Translations under genes and position numbers: made by a program
From: Spirogloea muscicola
Taxonomy: Eukaryota
Direction: 5' to 3'
DNA: 64,000 bases
Assembly (NCBI GenBank): GCA_009602725.1
Contig: WELB01000028.1
Coordinates: 915,953-979,952, forward strand
Notes under the pieces: model-generated
The model's database searches: none
Told to the model about the DNA's origin: nothing
The model's input: only the letters and a program-made list of their open reading frames with translations
Part shown: piece after piece, positions 24,401-36,827 of the stretch
Numbering within the stretch: position 1 is the stretch's first letter
How the letters are laid out: every line of letters begins with the position of its first letter

Positions 24401-26994
24401 ACTGCTGCGTTAATCTTCCAATGGCGTCCGCCTGCAGGCCACCTCCCTCAGATCTCTCGCTGTCTTGAGGTAGAGGCTTTGCAGGTGGACGTGGTGGCGA
24501 GAGAACAGCGAATGGGAGAAAGAACTGCAGGCTTGTGATGGGGAGCTTTCCACTCAACAGCAGCTTCTCTGTCAGAAGCAACCTGTAAGAGCCCAAGTAA
24601 GTCTAGGCTTCAGGGCTTAGAACCCAGAACCCTAGACGCAGTAACCCCCCGATATCCAAAGTAAAGCTGGTTAACAATCAGAGCTGGTGATACAGACGAA
24701 GTCCATGAGAGATGCACTCAGTCAATTGGTCGACTGAAGTGATAGTTATGCAAACTGATGTTGGCTTGATAAAGAAAGATAATGAAGCAATAGGAAGAGA
24801 TAAAGATGTATGAACGTGAAGAACAAGATGAAGCACAAAGACAATGTACCTCAATGGTGCATTTGTCCACAGCAAAACTCCATACAGCTTAACCAACACC
24901 CTCCTGGCTGTTGGCAGCGGTAGACCCCGTTGAGATAGTTTGAAGATCAAGGATTCAGCAAGCTTGGTTGAGGCGAACGAGTCCTTGATGGCACACATGA
25001 GATAGTGACACAATCCCCCACTCAAGCTGTATTCTTCGTCGCTTGCAGGTTCAGTCTCCGTCCTGCTGAGATTCTCTTCAGCTATGCTGTCCTCGTCTCT
25101 GGCCAGAGTCATGTCCAGTATTCTTTCTGAAGCAAGGTCTGACAAGGTATGCGAGACCCAAATGCTTGTAAAATTTGTGAATAATGACGGAATTTCCAGG
25201 ACAAGTCAAAGGAGGTCAGAAGCGCACAACAAGGAGGTCATACTTTGAAGTGATGCAAGGAGAGGAATATAGCCAGAACTCTCAAAGAAGCACTTCTTGA
25301 ACGAACCCCTTCCATAGTAATCATTTCTCAGCGCATGTCAAGCGGTGACTGACTTGGAACCTGCAGGCATCATCTTGGAGTCTGGGTAAGTACCTGCATG
25401 ACCACGGCGGCAGACTCGGGCCAAGAATGCACCAGCAAATGCAAGCGTTATATCAAGCTTGTCATTCCCTTCTGCATTACAGCTACTGCATTTGTTGTCA
25501 TCTGCTTCTTGTTTAGCTGTCCAATGTCCTTGTACAGCTTGAAGGACTTGAAAGATGGTTGAGTTGAAGAAGGCTCTGGAGCTGCGAAGTCAAGGTCTAG
25601 CAAGCACGCGCTGACGGCCTTGCAAATGTAAGGTCATCAATGTGAAGGGGATTAAGTCATCTCCATAGAACACAAGTACAATACAAGCAAGCTCAATCTC
25701 CAGTGCATGCTCATGAAGAGAGTCTCTCTGGCGGAGGATACACTGATTGCAGGCCAGCATCGGCTCGTGGTCTGACGCGGTCAGGCACAGAGGCAAGCAG
25801 CTGTGCCAGCGTCTCAACCCGCTTCAAGAGCCAGGAGGGAGCTCCTCCTCCTGGCTGCTCTGAGGCCCTAACAAGGCTTGTGGCCATAATCTGCGCCCCT
25901 TGCTGGCCGTCACACAGACAGAGGAGCAAGAGCCTGCCCGCAAACTAGGTAAACAATCAGCTGCCACTGAGGCAGCGCGGAGCCTACGTGCAAGACTCAT
26001 GATGCACCTTGAGCAATCAAGATACAAAGAAGGCTCCAGCTGAAGCAGCTGAAATTTCAAGCATGCAGCCCAATGACAAGGCTATGAAGGCTATGAAAAG
26101 GCAATGCAACTTCGGGATTTGCTTGCCTTTCAGCATGCCTGCAGATTGCACCGTTCTGGCTGGCCAGGAAAGGCAAGAGAGACTCCAAAGCAACGGCAGG
26201 CGGCGCAGCCAGGAAGAATGCACCCAGTAAGTCCAACGGGTCTGCAGAAAGGCTGCCGGCTGGCTTGCTTGGGTGGAGTAACGTGATTGGTATAAGCTCC
26301 TCTTGCCATTTTGGCACAAAATCTGTGTAGCACATAAGTTGTAAGTGAGTACGACAGTGGGTGAAGTAAAGCTATTGAAATGACACCACGGGCTCAATTC
26401 TGGGAACGGGCCGTAGCCATCAGACTTGGCAGGAGCACAGCCATGGCACGGCGACACAAAGAGTGGGATGCCATAGCGATCGACCACACCGAGCAGAAGG
26501 ATCGCGAGGGCATTGAAGAGGCCCTCCTGGAAGTAGGAGCTGCCGTCCACTCCAGCGGCAGCGGCAGCAGCGACTGCCTGAGAAGACCAGTGTACATCAG
26601 AACTTTGATGACAATTAGCTGAAAACTATGACCACACTGCAGACACAATCCAGGCGGTCTGCAAATGCCAATATCCGAAGCGTGGTGATGAACGACTTGC
26701 CTCGGCCAGGTAAGGCGCTGCATGGGCTGCCTGGCCTGCGAGAGCTGCAGGAGAGCCAGCACGGCGAGACAGATGAGCGGAAGCGAGGCGGCCACCGCCA
26801 TCGCGGCTGCGCGGACGCCGCGGGGCGGGCTGAGGCGCTCCAGCCGCGGCAGCTGAGGCAGCGGCCGGGCTGGCTGNCCGCGCGGCCGCCGGCGCCACAG
26901 CTTCGTCGCACGCGCGGGCCAAGGCTCGCAACACGCCCCGCGCAGCGGCGTCGTGGCCGTCGTCGCCGCCGCGGCTGCCGACGTTCGTCGCCAT
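21494..26994 (-). CDS. TEL2: Telomere length regulation protein TEL2/TELO2 (TTT complex)
   Basis: SSDDESLVAYNLADD, LPRQLRTCAAALRK, RQLYSPHADLSQRLLILDVM, FPPLAAAFMLP, DFVLLGRMLQVLG, HCEVYVRRSA, DTDQDDSC then MAALCLQLH. Multi-exon; ATG at 26994. Confidence 0.9.
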
Positions 26995-27069
26995 GAGCCG
27001 CACACCTTGTGATGATATTGGCAGGAACACCACCTTACCCCTATCTCTACGTGCACTCAATTTCTACGT

Positions 27070-27345
27070 GCAGACTCGTGAATACTGAGCGGGTCAACTT
27101 AGCAGCAGGTGATGTATATCTGCCGATGGGCTTGTCTTCTGTACTTGGCCACTCCATCGCTCAATACACATTTCATTTTTCTATATCCGAATATAATACC
27201 TATACAAGCAGCCACTGTGGAGTGCCCAGGCTGCTTGCTACTTGGTAGGGATTGCCGTGACCATCCTCCATGGTCTGCACTTCGCAGCCGCCTAAGGACC
27301 TTCGTCCATTTTACTCGGCCTGTCCTGTCATAGCTCCTACCCCCC
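27070..27345 (+). mobile_element. Subfamily A 3' end followed by a degenerate B-type unit, just upstream of the TEL2 start
   Basis: gactcgtgaatactgagcgggtcaacttagcagcaggtgatgtatatctg...gtacttggcc matches 10925-11002. gaccttcgtccatt at 27297 resembles the B unit. Confidence 0.65.
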
Positions 27346-28389
27346 CTTTAGAAGAGCTTCTCTCTCTTGGTGAAGATGAAGTACAATGTTATGAACAGTG
27401 TCTGCCATATTTGCAGGAAAATAGAATACAGCCAGTGCTTGAACGGAATAACAGGCCAATCTTGTAATGTCGATAACTAGTTAACAGACACTAGAGAGGA
27501 TTGTGAGGTATGAGGTGATTGGCAGTGAAACTCCACATGGACAGGATGAGATACGCCTGGGCTTGAGCGGGTATGGGCAGCCTGCTGTTCAACGTGCTCT
27601 GCCAGCGTCCACAATCACCGTTCTCTGTCCCTGCTGTAAGTCCTCCTCACCAGATGCGATGCAACAATCGCATACCCATGCTTAACTGTCCATGGGCTGC
27701 AATACGAATTTTCAATACGAATCCAAGTACGCTCTTTCAGCTGCCATGACCTTATTTAAGAGAGTACAGATACAGAATCAGATGTACAACCAACTTCCAA
27801 CTCGGAACTGAACAGGTACACACTGGCAGGTATACAACTCCACATCGAAGGGCTTGACGTAAGACAACTTTCATTCCTCAGCTGTAGGCAGCAGAAAGCC
27901 AGGCGGCCATGCAGTCTTTGCAGCCATTATGGACCTGGTCTGCTTAAGGTAGCCCGTCAGCTGCTGTTCCAGGCACTGCTTTTGAGGATTCAGCCTAGTT
28001 CCTTCCTCCAGACAACAAAGAAGTCATTTCAATGGACATTATGCCAAAGCATGCAGCAAAAGCAGACATTGATCAGGCATTCCTGCCAAAAAGAGTTGAG
28101 ACAATGCACAAATTGGGGGGAAAATTGCTGCCGACTTCCACTTCATACCCTGTCGGAAATCAACGACCTTCTGTGCTGTGCGCACTGTTTGACTTGTGCA
28201 CATAGCATTTCTGGCAGTGGATTATTGAGGTATCAGTCTCTTGAAGGAAAGCTGAGCCTGTGCTTGTGCCCAGCCTTGACAACCAACATGCCCAAGTTGC
28301 CTTCACCTGAGTCCATCCTGTTAGTACATGGTGTGCAAAAATTGAATACACGAGCTACAGCTGAACTCCTCACAAAGACCACTCAAGAC

Positions 28390-29947
28390 TTAGTTGAAGA
28401 AGCTCCCTGAGCTGGCCTTCTCCTTGACATCCTGGATGTCAGACTCAATTGGCTTCGAGCTGCCAGTGACCTTGGTCTTGATGTCCTTGAAGTCTGACTC
28501 AACATCCTGCTGTGCGCCAGTGATCTTGCCCTTGATCACCTCGATTTCCTCCAGCAGCTCCTTCCTGCTTGACTGCAGATTACAGTGGCATACGAACTCA
28601 GCATGTGTTGGCCTGGCTACATGTGGCTCACATTGAAGTGCAATCACTGGCCAGTCTGTGGCAGGATGCAGGCTTGTAAATGCAGCCGGAGCTGCTGGAT
28701 GCTTGCTGACCGGGCCACAATGTAAGAACGCCTCTTACCTTGAAGAGCAAGTACCGGTACACGAACCAACCCGTGTAGCCAAGGCCGACCAGCTCCAGGA
28801 GCTTAGGCAGCTGAGATTCATCGCAGATACACGCCAGTACTGTCAACTCAACATTAATACAGGTACTGCTCTGGTCACCCTGTCGGCCGCTCCGTCAAGC
28901 ACAGAAGCAATGAAAGTAACAATCTGATTAATTCTATGGGATTGTGTGATTCAACCATTACCAGGGGCACAGAGTTCACAGCTCCCACAATGGTAGAAGA
29001 GAACCACAGGGCAACAAGAGCACCGCTGGCATAGGCAATCACAGCACCCTTGTTCTCGGTCTGCTCCCACTGTATATCGTCAAAGCCATTGAGAGCTCAG
29101 TCTAGCTTTTGCAAGAACACGAGGGAATTTGTGCTTCGAACAGCGAGTAACAAAGTTGCAGATGAAACCTACGAACCCTTCAAATATCATGTAAACTTTT
29201 ACAGTAGCTTTCTGATACTGCTGATTGAGATATTCATGTAGTTAGTATTCACAACGAGTATCACACCTGCCATCAGATTGACCTTGACAAGCCCGTACGT
29301 CTAAGTCCTTATAATGTATGAGCAGTGGCTCTGACGCTGTGTACAGAGCCATTGAATAGCGTCGCACAACCTACCCTCAGCTTCACGTCCTCAACGAACT
29401 TCTGAGTTTGAGCAGAGGCATCGGTGGTGGTCGAGTCGGGATTGTAACGGGCACGCACACTCAGGGGAGCATAGTGCTGGGCTGATTTCAGATGGTAAGG
29501 GAAGCTGTTAGAAAGATACCAATGTAGGCAGCCGAAAAAACTTTGACTAGCTCCTCATGGCGTACGAGCACACCATGGGTTACAGTCCTGAAATGTGCTT
29601 GACCGCTGAAACTGACAATCAAGCTCAATGAGGCAGGGACATTCCGGTGATAGCCACCGCTGAGCTGAGCGGCAGACCTGAGCAAGTTCTGTGAGGATGC
29701 TTGGAAGCTACTCTTCATTTGTTGTGTCTTCCATGGTGCCAGGGCCAGGCCCAATGTTACATTCATAGCAGAAAGACGTCAGCAGCTCACCCTTGGGGCT
29801 GAAGCCGGCGGTGGCGAGGCGGCTACCAACAAAGCCGTTGCGAAGGGCAAGGGGCCTGGCAGCAGCCGTGCTGCGGGGGCGCGCAGCAACGGTGCCCGTG
29901 GGGAGGGCGGCCACGGACGCCGGCGAGAAGGTGGCGACGGCGGCCAT
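28390..29947 (-). CDS. CURT1: CURVATURE THYLAKOID 1 (CAAD domain) with C-terminal extension
   Basis: Transit peptide MAAVATFSP..., then WEQTENK, LWFSSTIVGAVNSVPL|LPKLLELVGLGYTGWFVYRYLLFK|SSRKELLEEIE. Five exons. Confidence 0.93.
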
Positions 29948-29991
29948 GGCTGGCGGCGGAGAGGCGGCGGATCCCTTTGGCAGCTGCGGCT

Positions 29992-30025
<34 letters not shown>

Positions 30026-30134
30026 GTCTGGTGCTCGGCTGGCTGGCGATGGCGGCTCCGGAGCTTCAGATCGGGGAGAACGGATGCCTGCCACGCTTTC
30101 CCCACCCGGGGGGGTGGGGGGTCGCGGAGCTGCC

Positions 30135-30263
30135 GCCACGTGGCGCACGACCTGGCCCGTTATTGGCCGGCGGCCGCGCCCGCATGACCTTATGCCGCGC
30201 GCCCACTGGTCCAGCGCGGATGTCCTCCATCCACGCTGGCGTCCAGGCGCGCACGCCACGTGG
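30135..30263. promoter_or_regulatory. Two G-boxes upstream of CURT1
   Basis: GCCACGTGGC at 30135-30144 and GCCACGTGG at 30255-30263; CCAAT on the minus strand at about 30162-30166. These lie 190-320 bp upstream of a photosynthesis gene. Confidence 0.55.
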
Positions 30264-31856
30264 AAGCTCTCTCTATATGACGCGTGTCACTGCAGCGTGC
30301 GCGGCGAGGGGCGGACTTTGGCGGCCGTCAGCTGCTCACGGGGGCTACCCGTTTAAGGGACTTCCCATCAGAGTGTCCAAAATGTCACAATGGTAGTCCT
30401 AGTTAACCTCTGCAGCGTTTCGCCCTCCTTGGAGAGTCCTTTCCGCTCGTCCCGGGCCCCACCAGGCCCAGGGATGGACGAGGCGGCTGTCCCGACCACG
30501 GCCCATACACCGTCCGAGATCTTCGGCCCAGGTCTGTCACACACAGGGTTATCTGGTCTGGTCACCCTTTCTACGATCTCCCGCCGGTACGGCTCGAGAC
30601 ATCAGGGAGGTCGTCCCGTTGAGTTTTCCCGGAGCATGATACATGTGCCTCTGCCTCTTGGTTGAACACCCCCATATGATGCTCTGACATGATTGGCGGT
30701 ATCGTTCAAGACGTGCTTCGCTTGTCTCAGGTCCTGTGACTTGTGATCCTCTCAAGAGGCACCTTCACCCCTGCTTTCACAAATTTGTGGTACCGACATA
30801 ATCGCTTTCATCTAGCTTACAATGGTGGCAGCACCTTTGATCAAGTGGTTGGCAATGCGCAGGGAAGATGTGCTCGGTGTCTTGATAGAGAGTGTCTTGA
30901 TGTGGCTTGATGTCAAAGTGTCTTGATGGCACGTCCTTCTGCCTGTCAGTGTAAGTAACCGTGGCTTGATTAAGTCCTTGGTGCAAGATGAGCTGGAGAG
31001 CGTTATTGCAGTGGCAAGAAGAGCAGGGGAGTTATCTGCACACAGGCCGTGTAAGGAGTTTTCTGTTACAGGTTGAAGGCTGAAGACTGTACCTTCACAA
31101 GCTAATTACGCGACAGTGACAAACCAAGGCTCCGTCAAATGGCCCACAGCACGACATTGAGCTGACCAAAGCGTTGGTTTACCATCACCGCAAATAGATT
31201 GTTGCCTCCAATTTCAGCTCTCCCAACACGCTCAAGATGGTAACACGAATTAGCAGCAGTCACGAATAAACAGTAACATGACGTAGCTTAATATAACTTG
31301 AACGATAAGCAGTGGAAGCGAGTAAGCTCATGCGCGCAAAAGACGTGGCAATGAGGTCTTCTTTTGTGGCTACATTAATCAAGTGCAGTACAATGCCTTA
31401 ATGACAGGAGGCATGCATGCAAGCTATGCATGTCAATGATGAGAACAAGGGCATGGATTCTCCTACGGCTGCAAAACAGATAGCATCTGGTCCAGGATCT
31501 GAGGTGCTCTGCCGGCACTTCCGGGTGGAAGAGAAGCAGACACAGCCGCATTTGACGCAGCGGCACATTGAAGTGGTAAGTAAATCTGCAATCTGCATCC
31601 GATGCTCGCCTTCATCTGGACTTTTTGCAAGACACTGATAAGAATCGGAGGCCGGACTCAGTATATATACATACATACAATGCTCTGCACCTTCAATCTG
31701 CGACAACAGTCACCTCAAGCAGCAGACAAGGACCATGGCTGGTTAGAGAAGAGGGGCCACAATGGCTGGCCTACAATCAGCACAACATTTACCACAAACG
31801 ATCAATAGGACCACCAGAAGGAAGCACGGTCGTACTCCACCCAGCCATCTGCTCCC

Positions 31857-31857
<1 letters not shown>

Positions 31858-31889
<32 letters not shown>
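31858..31889 (+). repeat. (CT)n microsatellite
   Basis: About 16 CT units in the probable leader or promoter of the small gene at 32239. Confidence 0.9.
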
Positions 31890-31891
<2 letters not shown>

Positions 31892-32238
31892 CCCTATATT
31901 TACCCATCGGCCCCCCCTCCCATCGCTGCTCTCATCGGTCTCTGCAGGCGCTGCTCACAGCCTCCGCTTCCACTGCCTCGCCTCGCCATTACCCTTCTCC
32001 GCTTTCTCTTCCTCCCTCTCGTCACCGCAATACTTGCAGCAGCCGACAACCCGCACGGCTGCTTCGCCTCAAATTTTTCCGCAAAGGGCCAAGGAGGGCC
32101 ACGAGAGAAAGCCGCGGCTGCGGATCGCCACTTGACGGCCGGCCTGACGTCCGTTCCAGGACGTGTGCTCAACCCCCAAGCTGGACTTTGAGGCCGCACT
32201 CATTCTCTTGCTGGCCTGCCGACCACATCCTCGGAGCC

Positions 32239-32747
32239 ATGACGGACTTCTGGGTGTCGCTGCCCATCTTGGTGCTCCTAGCGCCGTTCCTCGCCATCCT
32301 GGGTGGCTGCTTCACGCTGGCCCAGTTCAGCTACGCTTTCTCGGCTCTAGCCCGTCAGGCCAGCCGCCCCGCCTCCAACAGCATCGCCAAGCTGCTTCGA
32401 CCCTTCCTCAAGTCGTGGGTAAGCTCCAAGCCAGCTCCGCCGCTTCTGTTGCCTGCTCAAGCGCCTACAATGCTGTCATTGACAGCGTTGACGGTCGGCA
32501 TGCAAGCTCTAATGGAGTCCCCCGCTGACAGAGGTACCCCCTCTATCCACCCTCCAGGTCCGGCATCTCACGGCGATGCTGGGAGATGCTGACAAATTCC
32601 TCACTAAGGTCGGGCTCACGCATGTCATCCTGTGTGCTATTCTCCTTGTGCTTATTGTCTCACTCGAGCGCCTGCATGGGCAGCTCGCCCGCCCGCCAGG
32701 GCCTGGAGGGCGAAGGTGACACAGCAGAGCCCAGAAGTATGAAGTAG
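32239..32747 (+). CDS. Putative 92-aa orphan membrane protein (3 exons)
   Basis: gccATG start; exons 32239-32418 (GTAAGC donor), 32558-32608 and 32700-32747, all phase 0 with cag acceptors. Hydrophobic N-terminus FWVSLPILVLLAPFLAILGGCFTLAQF. Confidence 0.6.
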
Positions 32748-33762
32748 TGTTGTCCTCGTCGCGCTCACTGCCCACACAAGGTGATAGCCAAACGAGAGCT
32801 CCCGCTTGGTGATGCTGGTGTGTGAGTGCTCACATTGGCAGTAGTTAAGCTGTAGCATGTCCTTGGCCGCTTGACTGTCCTCAGTCGCAACATGCAATAA
32901 GCTGTCCTACTGCATAAGCTGTCGTGCTGACTGAGTTAGCAATTATTCAGGCATGCCTTGTGGCTGCTTGCGACTACCAGTGCGATCATTGACCCAAGTG
33001 AGGGCTCTCAGAGTCAGTCATCAACCTCGGGCCTGCAACTGGTACCTCAAAGTGCCCAGGTCCTGCTGCCTACGTACTATGCGCGCACCATATATAGCAC
33101 AGGTCTTGCCGCTCTCTTCCAGCTGGATCTCACCTAGTTAGGCCCTCATTGTGGTCAATCCGAAGCAGAGACAGGTAGCTCATCTTTGCAGTCGACAATG
33201 GCAAGAGAGGAAGACAAGAGGCTCTGCCCACTCATTGCTCCAGCTCGTGTGAGCGCGTGGTTGTCAAGCTGACACAGCCAGAGCCCTGAAGGCGGCAGTA
33301 ATGCATTGCGCTGCAGAGTTCCTACCACTATGTACAATGTGCCCGGCAGCTGCACCAGCATAAGTAGCTGCAGCCTGCGCAGACAGCAGCGGCAAATCTT
33401 GGCAGACGACCCCTCATTCCTACTCTGAGGGACCAGCGTACAGAGCTCTGGTACCTAATTGAGGTTGCAGTGTAAAGCCAGGGTGGGTGCATGCTGGTCA
33501 GCTCCTTCAATAATGGCCACAAAATTGCTTGGCAAGACCAGGGCCACATGCTGCCGCCACTCCATTTTCTCCGCTGCCCCGCCTCAAGGTCGCATGATGC
33601 CCGTCTTCCCTGTCAGGCACATCACTGTACGTCACTGCTCCTCCAAGTGGCATAACCCCTCCCCGTCAACGCTTAGACTCCTCCCAGTTGCAGAGTTGCA
33701 ATAATCTGGACAACCATGCATGCCGACCCGAGCTAGCCAGTACCCAGTGGCTGCATTGCATC

Positions 33763-35773
33763 TTAGCCCCGCGTGTTGACGGCCTTGGCCTCCGCTTCCA
33801 GGCTGTAGGCAGCCCGCCGGCCCCAGCGCTCCTCCAAGGGCGCATGCGCGGCGAAGGCGCCGACCTGGCTTGACTCTTCCCTGCTTCGGTAGTGGGCAAC
33901 AGCAGGCTGCGGCAGGCCTCCCTGTGATGCCGCACGGTGTGAAGGGATGGCCGAGGGCGGAGGTGCCTCAATGAGGCGGGAGAATGGCGCCTCTCTTGTG
34001 CTTGTCACAACCTTGTACACTGGTGGCGCAGTGAAACCCAGCTTGCCGGTGGCGGTGGCGGTCATGCCCACTGCTGCAGAGGCGCCCATGGGCGCTGCTG
34101 CTGCCAGGAGCAGTGACCTGTTGCGTGCAGAATCCACCGATGTTGAGCTCTTGAACGAGGCGGAGCGAGAGAACGCCGATGCCAGCTCCAGCGCCGACGA
34201 CAGCCCGGCAGCTACACGCGGCGAGCCGCCACCTGCCGCACTTTCGGACATCGCCGCCAGCTTGCCCGCTGCTGGAGCAGAGCCTCCCATTGACGTGCCC
34301 AGCGGTGATGGCCCAGCGGTCCGTCGCCACGACTCACGCTCCAGCGGCTGCTGCTGGCGATCATGGTGGGAAGGCCAGCTTGCCTGGCGCTCCAAATGCG
34401 CCTTTGACAAGGCTGCTGCCGGTGGCGACATCAGCGCCGACTGGGGCGACCTGAGGAGGGCAGCCAGCGCTGCCTCCACTGTCAGAGTGCTGTAGTACTG
34501 AGCTTCTGAAGGCAGCCCGATGAGTCCTGACAGCACCCAGCAGCAGGTCTTGTCCAGATTACGCATATAACGACCTTGACGCTTGGTGCTCAGCCCCAAA
34601 ACATTGCACTGTACCTTGCTGACTGCGGAGAATCGTCGATGCCCTTGACGACTCCTTCATCAGCGCCGCGGTGCTTGAGGATCTGCCAAAAGTATTTGAG
34701 GGAGTGCTCCTCGTCAAGATTTTTTCAAAATTGTAAAACTTACTAGCAGTACTCTACGACATCATTTGAAAGTAAGAAACCTTCAAATTTCGCCTCAGCG
34801 TGCAGAAAGTGCAAATGAGCAGTAGCACGTCTGAGAATCACATACTTGAAACTGCTGCTACATGAGGGAGGGAGCTAAGCTCTCACCAACTCGCGAGGCC
34901 GTGCTCCTCCAAACACCGAAGATCTGTACGGGCATCTTGCAGGAGCATTCAGCAATGGATCTCACCAACGGGCGAGTGCGATCAGAGCAGAACATTACTT
35001 GTCTCACTGAAAAGCTTCTGCCTGTCAATAGCACAATTTGATTCAGATTCACATTCGAGCAAGTCACTGGAGGCACATTAAGGCCATGCCATTGCGAGCC
35101 CTGCACGCACCTGAGCTTCTGCGACCCGTCTTCCTTGGCATACAGCGCCGCATCCACGGGCTGCGTGCGCGGCTTCAGGTGCAACTTCGGACGCTGCTGC
35201 AGCCGCTGCTGCTCCTCCTCCACGCCGCGCTCGGCGCTGGGCTGCTCACCGGTGGCGGCGTTGCAAGCCTGCTCGGCATCGACACCGGCCTGCCACGAGC
35301 CCAGGCCCTCCGCAGCCTGCGGAGAGGCCCGCAGAAGGTGCAGGGCCGAACGCTCTGTGGCCATGGATGGTGCAGCCTGCCTGTGGTCCTCCACGGCCGG
35401 CGCCGCTGCCGAGAGGAACAGCGCGCTGTGCTTGCTGGGCGTGCTCAGGAGCGCCGAAGTGGGGCTGCCTGCCGAGGTGGCAACGGCGGGGCCGACGACG
35501 AGCCGACTGTGCACGACGCCTGCGGCGAGCGGCGGCACGCTGCTGGCCAAGGGGTCCCACCTGCCTGACACGGGCCGTCCGGAGGGGCGGCCCTCGGCGG
35601 CCCTGGCGTCCTGCTCTGGGCTGGCGAGCCCTCTCCACTGATCGGCTCTCACGTTGGGCAGCCCCGTCTTGTCGACCCCGTCCACCGCTGCCTTCGCAGC
35701 TCCCGGGTCAGTGCCGCTGCGGCTCTGGGCGTGCAGCTGGGAGCCGCCCCGAGAGGCCAGGGCGCTGAAGCGC

Positions 35774-35806
<33 letters not shown>

Positions 35807-35990
35807 GGCAGCTTCTCCGGCGGTGGCTGCAGGGCAGTGCCGGCGCCGGCAGCCCTGGTCCAGGCCTGGGGCTGACTGGGCTCTGGCGGCCGAGCCGGCG
35901 CCTGGGCAGGGGGCCGCAGCGCCGTGGCGGCCACGGCTGCGGCGGGACCTGGATACGGCTGCGCGAGCAACGGCGGCGGCGGCGGTGTTG
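33763..35990 (-). CDS. Disordered protein with plant eIF4B-like motifs; 5' exons unresolved
   Basis: RPKLHLKPRTQP, then the spliced exon SSVFGGARPREL and ILKHRG, resembling the eIF4B repeats RPKLxLKPR and FGxARPRE. Contains a poly-Q tract. Confidence 0.6.
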
Positions 35991-36827
35991 CTCATTCCAA
36001 AGGCAATGCAGTGAACTCTGAGGTGCTCTTTCCTTGATCGTTAAACGGGAGTCTGTCCTATAAGCCATCCCATCCTTCAGAGACATTCATCTGCTCCAGA
36101 TGTCCAGTATAATGATGAAGTCAGCCTAGTGGAGGGATAAGCTTTTACCTCTAGAGAACCAGAAACACAAAAGCACGATAACGATAAAGGCATAGGTCGT
36201 ACCAAAGTACGAGAAAACAGGTCGCGGAGGGGATCCTTATCCCGTTTGCTTTGAAGAAGCCTAATGCCGTCTTCCACTGACTGCCTCACCGTCTGTGGAA
36301 CATTCATTCTGGCATACATCAGGTCAACGCCTATGGCACCTTCCCTACATGGTCATACTACCTGCTCCCGCCTCTCTGGAGACCAAAAGCTGCTCTGCCA
36401 CTGAAGGAGAGCATGCTACGCGATAAGCAGATGAAAGACTGCCCTCTCTATAAGCTCCCACGAGGGTGATAGAGGATAACTTTGCTAATTTCCAAGACAG
36501 GCAGGATATCTCATTGCAACGGTCTTCACCTGGTACAGTTGACTGCATGCCTCTCGATCAGCCAGGGTTGCACGAGAGAACCTGTCTGTCCTGATAGGCT
36601 CCCCTGCACCCTTGCCCACACTTGCCACCATTGCTTGTCAAACAGGGTCCCTGCATGACTGGCACAAGACGCCGTACTTCTCCTCTGTAAGCAAGTCAGA
36701 CCAGCAACCCAGTCATTCATTACTCACTGACCAAAGTGAAAGTAAAGACGTTCTGGACGTGGTAGCAGGCCAACAGTGGATGTAAGTGGAAGGAGGACTT
36801 CTTCAGTGAGACCTGTGAAGTCACAGN

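Noticed and set aside
24601..24635. Telomere-like tract inside TEL2 as autoregulation
   Set aside because: Very degenerate, and similar tracts occur in unrelated genes.
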